The notes beneath the pieces are model-generated. The model had not been told where the DNA came from, searched no databases, and saw only the letters and a program-made list of their open reading frames with translations. A program made the translations under genes and the position numbers. Of a DNA stretch of 53,833 nucleotides, positions 46,336 through 52,811 are shown piece after piece. Source of the stretch: a virus (taxonomy: Duplodnaviria > Caudoviricetes). Position 1 is the first letter of the stretch. Each line of letters begins with the position of its first letter. Location: positions 1 to 53,833 of the IMG/VR virus record IMGVR_UViG_3300029787_000065; one strand, given 5' to 3'.

Positions 46336-46776
46336 CTCCAAGTCGTCATCATCCTCCCCTGTATCGAAAGGAATATCGTCATCGTCTTCAGCTTCTAGTT
46401 CATCATCGTTATCATAAGCAACTAAAGATAGTACCATAAGACTGCTAAGTCCTGGGCTTACACCTGACTTACCTTTGAAAGTCCATTCATATGGTTTAAT
46501 AGAAGCTTTAATCTCCGAACCGTTACCAATAGCAGTATCTTCATCCCACTTATTTTTTTTACGGTCCATAACATTAGGCTTATATTTACCTGACTTTGCT
46601 GTAATAAAGTCACCCTTATCAGCTTTATCACCTTCGCCTTTCTTAACGTCGATGCCAACTGCTTTAAGGTTCTTAATGGTCATCTTATCAAGCTGACAAA
46701 TATCAACCTGATACTTTCCACTAAGATTGTTAGGCTCAAATACTGATGCCCACTGCGCTGTTCCTCTCACTATCAT
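46333..46776 (-). CDS. T7 gp2.5-like single-stranded DNA-binding protein
   Basis: AAGGAG RBS before MIVRG; IGNGS motif; acidic tail with DDIPF. Confidence 0.85.
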   Translation of the reverse strand: MIVRGTAQWASVFEPNNLSGKYQVDICQLDKMTIKNLKAVGIDVKKGEGDKADKGDFITAKSGKYKPNVMDRKKNKWDEDTAIGNGSEIKASIKPYEWTFKGKSGVSPGLSSLMVLSLVAYDNDDELEAEDDDDIPFDTGEDDDDLE

Positions 46777-46812
46777 AATAAGCTCCTTTGCGATGAGAGT
46801 TAAGATATGTAC

Positions 46813-46840
46813 ATTATACACACATTTATGTGTTAGTCAA
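46813..46840 (-). promoter_or_regulatory. sigma70-like promoter for SSB operon
   Basis: Reverse complement TTGACT-N16-TATAAT; spacer region contains inverted repeat ACACAT-TT-ATGTGT. Confidence 0.7.
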
Positions 46841-47348
46841 CGACCTTTTTCCAAATATCTACATTATCTGTTGTGTAAAGTTCGTGAAGAACATCATCAA
46901 GTTTAACTAAAGTAATAACATCTTTTCTATTTGGTCTTTGGTATTTTTTATATAACGCTTCTCTACTTGTACTTACGAATACTTCACTAACTTTTTGCTC
47001 ACAGAAATGTTGTAACATCGCACGATCTACTAACACAAAATCTTTCTCGCGTTCAAAAACAATTTTGTCAGCTTTACCATACAACCATCCATTATTACCT
47101 CTTACATTTTTAAATTCTATCCATGTAAGATCATCATTGTACTCACTGTCTCGTCTAGAAAGTTTCTTACGAGATTTTACATCAACTGAAATAACATGCT
47201 CATGTTGTGTTAGGTACAAGTCGATATGCTTGTGTATGTTAGCATCTTTAGTTGCATTTAAAACTTCATAACCTTTTTTATTTGCAACATTAACAAAAGA
47301 AATCTCTGCTTTAAGTCCAGCGTTTAATTCTAATGTGTTTCTGCCCAT
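46833..47348 (-). CDS. putative PD-(D/E)xK restriction-endonuclease-like protein
   Basis: E..F, HID, VDVKS, WIEFKNVRGNNGWLYGKAD. Confidence 0.65.
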   Translation of the reverse strand: MGRNTLELNAGLKAEISFVNVANKKGYEVLNATKDANIHKHIDLYLTQHEHVISVDVKSRKKLSRRDSEYNDDLTWIEFKNVRGNNGWLYGKADKIVFEREKDFVLVDRAMLQHFCEQKVSEVFVSTSREALYKKYQRPNRKDVITLVKLDDVLHELYTTDNVDIWKKVVD

Positions 47349-49057
47349 GTCCTGCCTACCTTTGCATCTGCATTTAAGGGTAATCTTACACCAAGAATCT
47401 GACCAGCTTGGCGTATGGTTTCGTCAGCACCTTTAACCATTGCTTGTACATCATCATTGTGTACCTCGTATTGTAACTCATCATGTATGGTATTGACAAG
47501 TCTTGATTTTAAATTATTCCTTTTAATGTATTTGTGCATACAGATAGACCATTGTTTACAAGCTATAGCACCTGCACCTTGTAACAGTGTATTCAACGCT
47601 GCATGTTGGTGTCTTACTAAAATACGTCTGCCATCTAGTCCTTTGATATCTCCTTTCTCAGCAACTCTCTGAACCCTCACTATCAACCTGTTTAAGGCTG
47701 GCATGTTGTTAAGAAAATCCCTTTTTAGTATTGCACCGTCTCGCGCTGTGCCGCCTACTACACTGCCTAGTTTCTCTGCGCCAGCCCCATACAAAAACGC
47801 ATAAATAAATGTTTTGCTTTGCGCTCTAGTTGATAGTCCTGCAGCTTTCTGATTAACAGTGTGCGGATCACCATACAATACCTCTTCTATGTAGTCCTCA
47901 TCACGCATGTAATGTGCTAACATCCTTAGTTCTAGACCCTTCGCGTCCATACCTACAATACTAAAATTGTCAGCATCTTCCACCGTAAAACATTCCCTAC
48001 ATTCTCTGCCATATGGTTTCTCAGACGAAACAACGTTAGCCATGTTTGGTGCAGCGTGTGTCATCCTACCCGTCACAGCCCCCATTGGTATAACCTTACC
48101 ATGCACACGGTTGTCTGACTCACAAGCTTCTAACCAACTTTCTACAGTCTTCCAACGAGATTCTAACATCTTCCACTCTGCTAACTTCTTAGCAGCTAGT
48201 GGTGCATCGTTAGATATTGTTTCTAAATTCTGTTCGCATATTTTAGGTGAACCTTTAGGTGTAAACACAGTGGGACTCCACCCACAATGATCTAGCCTTG
48301 CAATAATTTGTTTAGGACTAGCTAGGTTGAAAGGTTCAAGCTTAAAATATGAGAAGGGACCGCCTACCGTTTTGTCAGCTTCAGGTATGTCACGTAACCC
48401 AACAAGAGACATAGAACCATCTTTTTTTATTCTAGGTGTAACCTCACGAATAAACTTAGGTATAGGCTTGAAGTCTTGTTTTATTTCTTCCTCTATCTTC
48501 TTAGCTTTGTTGTATGTTTCTTGGTATAAACTGTTTGCTTTTTTAACATCTAGATAAAAACCATTCTTACTTTGTTGGTTGATAACATGTGCTATGTTAT
48601 GTTCTAGTTGTATAGACTGTTCTGAAAACTCTTTGCCTTCTTGCAGTAAATGTAGATATATTTTTTCTGTAACTGCAACATCACGTTTGCAATAATCTAT
48701 CATCTTATCAGTTAGCCTATCAAACTCATGGAACTCCATTTTGTTGTATGCTAAACGTTTACCCCAAGCATTTAATGAATGACCATCGTCTCTATTAGGA
48801 TTAAATAGTCTAGACATAACAAGAGTATCTCTAACTTGTTTTATTTTAATATTAGTATTCCATAATTTATTTAAAACAGGAATATCGAACTCAATGCCAT
48901 TATGTGTTATTATAATATCATCATTATTAAACACAGGCATATTGTCTTTTGTTGTAATAACTTTAACATTGTTTGTTTTTAATTCTTGTATTACAACACA
49001 CCATATTTGAGATGCTGTAAGACTGTCTGTTTCTATATCTAAAACAAATATACTCAT
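47330..49057 (-). CDS. family A DNA polymerase with 3'-5' exonuclease (T7 gp5-like)
   Basis: DIETD, HNGIEFD, YCKRDV; motif A DAKGLELR, motif B KTFIYAFLYG, motif C IHDE; start at MSIF assumed (track start 49105). Confidence 0.96.
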   Translation of the reverse strand: MSIFVLDIETDSLTASQIWCVVIQELKTNNVKVITTKDNMPVFNNDDIIITHNGIEFDIPVLNKLWNTNIKIKQVRDTLVMSRLFNPNRDDGHSLNAWGKRLAYNKMEFHEFDRLTDKMIDYCKRDVAVTEKIYLHLLQEGKEFSEQSIQLEHNIAHVINQQSKNGFYLDVKKANSLYQETYNKAKKIEEEIKQDFKPIPKFIREVTPRIKKDGSMSLVGLRDIPEADKTVGGPFSYFKLEPFNLASPKQIIARLDHCGWSPTVFTPKGSPKICEQNLETISNDAPLAAKKLAEWKMLESRWKTVESWLEACESDNRVHGKVIPMGAVTGRMTHAAPNMANVVSSEKPYGRECRECFTVEDADNFSIVGMDAKGLELRMLAHYMRDEDYIEEVLYGDPHTVNQKAAGLSTRAQSKTFIYAFLYGAGAEKLGSVVGGTARDGAILKRDFLNNMPALNRLIVRVQRVAEKGDIKGLDGRRILVRHQHAALNTLLQGAGAIACKQWSICMHKYIKRNNLKSRLVNTIHDELQYEVHNDDVQAMVKGADETIRQAGQILGVRLPLNADAKVGRTWAETH

Positions 49058-49112
49058 ACTACATAGACCTTGGGTGAGGTATAACTGGTAAGATTTTTTA
49101 TTCAATTAGTGC

Positions 49113-49141
49113 TTGACAGTAGTTTAAAGAGAGATTAAGGT
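49113..49141 (+). promoter_or_regulatory. rightward sigma70-like promoter
   Basis: TTGACA-N17-TAAGGT at the divergence point. Confidence 0.6.
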
Positions 49142-49160
49142 ATCCTTGAATGAATGTCAA
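49132..49160 (-). promoter_or_regulatory. leftward sigma70-like promoter for DNA polymerase operon
   Basis: Reverse complement TTGACA-N17-TAATCT. Confidence 0.65.
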
Positions 49161-49187
49161 CAACTTTTTTTAGGAAAGGAAAAAGTC

Positions 49188-49751
49188 ATGTTTATTCAAA
49201 GGTTTAGAGAGCTTGTAGGTGGTCAATTCTTCACCGTTAAATTCGTCAAAAAGGACGGAACAGATCGAATCATGACCTGCCGCCTTGGTGTTAAAAAATA
49301 CTCCAATGGAAGACCGCAAACCGCAGACCCAGACAAGTACATTGTTGGATGGGAACCTGCTACAAAACAATATCGTAATATCAACATTGATACATTGCAG
49401 TGGGTAAAATGCAAAGGTATTTCCGTTAACCTTATGAAAGAACCAGAGATGCACTTAGTTAAACGTAATGGACTATGGAGTTCATTAGGTTTATTCTTAA
49501 TGGTTGTAACTCTAGCTGCTTGTTCTCCTGGGCAGATAGTTGCTAACAATGGTGCAGTGAGTAGTGACATTGGAGCTACAAGCTATGCTTGGGTAGGATG
49601 TCACAGAGTAGTGGAGAACCCGAGTCCTACGGGTGAGTATGCTGTTAGCATATATGCTGGTGATCTACCAGTAGGAGCTAAATTTTATCTTAAACAAGTT
49701 AGTAAGGATGGAACGGTTGGCCCCGTTACCACTGGTGAACCCTGTGAGTAA
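49188..49751 (+). CDS. SH3/WYL_2-like beta-barrel domain in frame with a lipoprotein-like module
   Basis: FFTVKFVKKDGTDR.M..R..YRNIN; internal ATG 49449 begins a signal peptide with LAAC lipobox. Confidence 0.65.
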   Translation: MFIQRFRELVGGQFFTVKFVKKDGTDRIMTCRLGVKKYSNGRPQTADPDKYIVGWEPATKQYRNINIDTLQWVKCKGISVNLMKEPEMHLVKRNGLWSSLGLFLMVVTLAACSPGQIVANNGAVSSDIGATSYAWVGCHRVVENPSPTGEYAVSIYAGDLPVGAKFYLKQVSKDGTVGPVTTGEPCE

Positions 49752-49980
49752 TGTTGTTGATACTGAGATTCTACGTAGTAAAATAACTTCGTTAGAACAT
49801 AAGATTAAATCTTTAGAGTGTTTTATACTAGATACGTATATCGCTGATTTTAATCAAACAACTGTTAGTGATGTGTTAAAATATGAAAGCATAGAAGATA
49901 TTATAGAACACGTTGTTACAAGCAAAATAGAAATACATGTAAGTAATCAAGCAATAAGTTTGGTTAAGAAATATGACTGA
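49744..49980 (+). CDS. hypothetical protein
   Basis: Track ORF 49708..49980; GTG at 49744 is a plausible start. Confidence 0.6.
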   Translation: MSNVVDTEILRSKITSLEHKIKSLECFILDTYIADFNQTTVSDVLKYESIEDIIEHVVTSKIEIHVSNQAISLVKKYD

Positions 49981-50233
49981 TGCTGATAGAAAAAATTTAC
50001 TAAAGATAAGTTATCGTGTTGTAGATGAAGTTCTAGACGATTTGTTAAATGATGAGGAAGGTGAAACAACTGTTTTGTTATTGAGTGGTGCTTTACACGC
50101 TGTATTTGAAAAAATAGAAACTACATACGGTAGTGGATTACATTCTACTGAGTTTATTGTTGCAACTTTACAAAATTGTTTAGAGAATCAGATTAGATTG
50201 TTAGAACCTAACGATGATGATGTAATACATTAG
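49973..50233 (+). CDS. hypothetical protein (86 aa)
   Basis: Overlaps upstream stop; acidic helical. Confidence 0.7.
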   Translation: MTDADRKNLLKISYRVVDEVLDDLLNDEEGETTVLLLSGALHAVFEKIETTYGSGLHSTEFIVATLQNCLENQIRLLEPNDDDVIH

Positions 50234-50248
50234 CCATAAGGATATGCT

Positions 50249-50485
50249 ATGAAAATTGTCAGCCTCATAAAGAATTTTGTCAGCCGCATAAAACAAATTG
50301 TCAGCCCTAAAAAACAAATTGTCAGCCCTGAAAAGAAAATTGTCAGCCAGTCTGACTATGATGAGTTGCGTGTCTTGCGTGATAACGTTTACGGTCTTCA
50401 GCGTGACTTGCAAGAAGCTTACAGAAGAATTAAAAAATTAAACGATAACCTACAACGTATTGCAACAAAAGAAGGTAAGAAGTAG
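50249..50485 (+). CDS. coiled-coil protein whose N-terminus is encoded by a 21-bp repeat array
   Basis: AAGGA RBS; (K/Q)IVS heptad repeats then coiled coil. Confidence 0.6.
   Translation: MKIVSLIKNFVSRIKQIVSPKKQIVSPEKKIVSQSDYDELRVLRDNVYGLQRDLQEAYRRIKKLNDNLQRIATKEGKK
50256..50348. repeat. five copies of TTGTCAGCC at exact 21-bp period
   Basis: Starts at 50256, 50277, 50298, 50319, 50340; A-rich spacers. Confidence 0.95.
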
Positions 50486-50510
50486 TAATGTAATGTTGCA
50501 ATAAAAGTGC

Positions 50511-50538
50511 TTGACAGGGTATTTATAGTGTGCATAAT
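50511..50538 (+). promoter_or_regulatory. sigma70-like promoter
   Basis: TTGACA-N16-CATAAT with A-tract upstream. Confidence 0.65.
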
Positions 50539-50593
50539 CGAATTGCTTAGTTGATCTATTCTTATAATGTAACAATGCAAAGGAAACAATGTT

Positions 50594-51310
50594 ATGAATA
50601 TCTTCTTTCTTTCAACTAACCCAGAGCTTGCAGTATTAGATCACTGTGATAAGCATGTGGTCAAGATGGTTCTTGAAACAACACAAATGATGTGTACCGC
50701 TCACCGATTATTAGATGGTGATGTTGCAGCAGATGCAATGGGACTTTACAAGACAGCTTATGCCAACCACCCTATGACAAAATGGGTTCGTGAAAATCAA
50801 TTCAATTATGCTTGGACGTACCGCCTGTTAAAAGAACTCTGCAGCGAGTACACCTACCGTTACGACAGAGTACACGCCACTCAATCTAAAGGTATCTTAG
50901 ATGCTTTGCAAAAAGTGCCTGAGAATATTTGTCTTGGTACAGAGACAGGACGAACTGTGCCGCCTATGTGTATGCCTGATAAATATAAGAACAGGTTTAC
51001 AGGTAAAACTACGTTTACAGATGTAGTTGATGCCTACCGCAGATACTACATAACCATCCATCATTACCTCTTACTTGGAGAGAAAAAAGATTTTGCACGT
51101 TGGACTAACAGACCACAACCTAAGTGGTGGCCTGTATCTGCTAAGACATATGATTGCAGTCTTTGCAAAGAAACGTTTAAAGGTTACGGTAACAATCCTT
51201 GGCCTCTTGCAGAAGGTCGCTGCTGCGATGATTGCAATGTTGATGTGTTAGTTGCTAGGGTTGCAGGGTTACAGGAGAGACAAAATGCTAGAACAAGCAA
51301 AGATACTTAG
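50594..51310 (+). CDS. pyrimidine-dimer DNA glycosylase (DenV)-family protein with C-terminal Cys-rich domain
   Basis: MNIFFL..HCDKHVVKM.LE..QM, NHP, AYRRYY, FARWT.R.QP.W; tail CSLC..GNNPWP..CCDDC. Confidence 0.75.
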   Translation: MNIFFLSTNPELAVLDHCDKHVVKMVLETTQMMCTAHRLLDGDVAADAMGLYKTAYANHPMTKWVRENQFNYAWTYRLLKELCSEYTYRYDRVHATQSKGILDALQKVPENICLGTETGRTVPPMCMPDKYKNRFTGKTTFTDVVDAYRRYYITIHHYLLLGEKKDFARWTNRPQPKWWPVSAKTYDCSLCKETFKGYGNNPWPLAEGRCCDDCNVDVLVARVAGLQERQNARTSKDT

Positions 51311-51557
51311 ACAAGCCACTAGAAGAAAACGTCTTTGGAACGAACACGTTAGTGCAATGAAAGAAGTTAGTATAAAGCCGCTATCTTGGGAAGACTTCAA
51401 ACGTGTTTACAGAAATGAGACAACGGACATGAGGTTGTTACAAAAAGCTGTACAACTTGTAGCTAAGAAGTCATACGATCAGTCTGTTGATTCATTACGT
51501 GTTAAGGATGAGTTGCAACAATTTAAACTACCTAGGAAAGGAAAGTACAGTGCTTGA
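51285..51557 (+). CDS. hypothetical protein
   Basis: AGGAGA RBS before ATG 51285. Confidence 0.7.
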   Translation: MLEQAKILRQATRRKRLWNEHVSAMKEVSIKPLSWEDFKRVYRNETTDMRLLQKAVQLVAKKSYDQSVDSLRVKDELQQFKLPRKGKYSA

Positions 51558-51834
51558 AGATAAGATTACAGAAGAACAGACACACATTGACATACAACAA
51601 CGTAAGTACGACCAGCAGTTTATTGTGTGGGAACGCATGTATTGCTGGAAAGCTGGCGATAATACCTATGTTCCAGAAACTGAAGACGATAGGATACCGC
51701 CTTATGCCCTACACAAACGGTGGGTTCCTGTAACAGTGTGTCGTAAGAAGTCGGAAGCAGTAGACTATTGCCGTGATAGGTTTGGTAGGAATTGCTTTAA
51801 AGATAACGACAAGGTAAAGGTCGCCTTCACATGA
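51550..51834 (+). CDS. hypothetical protein
   Basis: AAGGAAAG RBS before GTG 51550. Confidence 0.65.
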   Translation: MLEDKITEEQTHIDIQQRKYDQQFIVWERMYCWKAGDNTYVPETEDDRIPPYALHKRWVPVTVCRKKSEAVDYCRDRFGRNCFKDNDKVKVAFT

Positions 51835-52052
51835 AGTGGACTATTGAATTGAAATGTGGTAACTGTGAGGATGGCCTAGTAGCTTATCTCATTGCAGACG
51901 GACCTGATGACAATGTAACAGAAGGTTTCGAGTGCTTAGATTGTAATGGTAAAGGCTACACCGAACACACAGTACTATATGAGAGTGCAGATGATCTACA
52001 TGCTGACTACAACAAAGATGACATCATTAGCTACTGTTTACACGTTCTTTAA
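51831..52052 (+). CDS. small zinc-finger protein (DnaJ-type CxxCxGxG repeats)
   Basis: CGNCEDG and CLDCNGKG. Confidence 0.7.
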   Translation: MKWTIELKCGNCEDGLVAYLIADGPDDNVTEGFECLDCNGKGYTEHTVLYESADDLHADYNKDDIISYCLHVL

Positions 52053-52064
52053 AAGGAAAGAATA

Positions 52065-52229
52065 ATGCAGAAACAACCGATACGACTAATATCTAAAGTT
52101 AGTAAAAACAAATGGAAAGTGCAACATAGTGATGGTGCAGTAACTTTTCATAGAACCAAGAAAGCAGCCAAAGAGTACAAACACACCGTTGTAGTCTTTG
52201 ATCCTTTTGTGGGCATCTACAGTGATTAA
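52065..52229 (+). CDS. small basic protein (54 aa)
   Basis: Read by hand; AAAGGAAAG RBS; MQKQPIRLISKVSKNKWKVQHSDG... Confidence 0.65.
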   Translation: MQKQPIRLISKVSKNKWKVQHSDGAVTFHRTKKAAKEYKHTVVVFDPFVGIYSD

Positions 52230-52240
52230 GGAGACTAACA

Positions 52241-52501
52241 ATGGAACATAGCAGTAATCTAATTCACAGCACCTACAGAGGAATGACTGTTTCTATCTGC
52301 CATCATACCTCTAACGTTCACAGCACGATGGAACGAAACTCTGATAATCTCAAGAAACTCCACGAGACTAGAGAGGTTGCCGTAATACGTAATGTGGCAA
52401 GCCAGCAAGAGATTGAGGTTATAGATAGGTGGTATGATTTTGAATCATTACAAGATGCGCTAGAAGAAGCTAGACGCTGGATTGATGCAAAGCTGGACTA
52501 A
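52241..52501 (+). CDS. hypothetical protein (86 aa)
   Basis: AAGGAGA RBS. Confidence 0.72.
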   Translation: MEHSSNLIHSTYRGMTVSICHHTSNVHSTMERNSDNLKKLHETREVAVIRNVASQQEIEVIDRWYDFESLQDALEEARRWIDAKLD

Positions 52502-52556
52502 ATTGTCAGCCTATTGCACAATAATATTGTCAGCCTAATACAAAATTGTCAGCCTA
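52502..52556. repeat. three non-coding copies of ATTGTCAGCCTA
   Basis: Starts at 52502, 52526, 52545; same core as the 50256-50348 array. Confidence 0.92.
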
Positions 52557-52685
52557 TTACTTTATTATGGGGCGGGGCGTAACACAGAACGATGCCGTAG
52601 TCGGGTCGGTTGGTGCTGCGCTCCGTCGCCGCTTCGCGGTCGCCGCCGCCGCCTCGCTCTCGCTTCGCTTGCAACACGATAAGCC

Positions 52686-52722
52686 AAGCCTAGAACGTAA
52701 CGCGAAAAGCCTAGAACGTAAC
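52686..52722. repeat. 16-bp direct repeat AAGCCTAGAACGTAAC x2, 21-bp period
   Basis: 52686-52701 and 52707-52722, just upstream of a -35 box. Confidence 0.9.
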
Positions 52723-52738
52723 AATCTAATAAAATTTA

Positions 52739-52766
52739 TTGACAAGGATTCTCCAGCCATTAAATT
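52739..52766 (+). promoter_or_regulatory. sigma70-like promoter for DUF932 gene
   Basis: AT-rich UP-like element, TTGACA-N16-TAAATT. Confidence 0.65.
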
Positions 52767-52811
52767 GGTTGCTGGCAATCATGCCGTTACCGACATATGA
52801 AAGGAAAGAAT

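Noticed and set aside
50256-50348. CRISPR-like mini-array
   Set aside because: The repeat is only 9 bp with 12-bp similar spacers, far below CRISPR dimensions; no cas operon
52546-52800. 84-aa and 73-aa ORFs across the GC-rich element
   Set aside because: Open only because the region is low-complexity and poor in stops; no RBS
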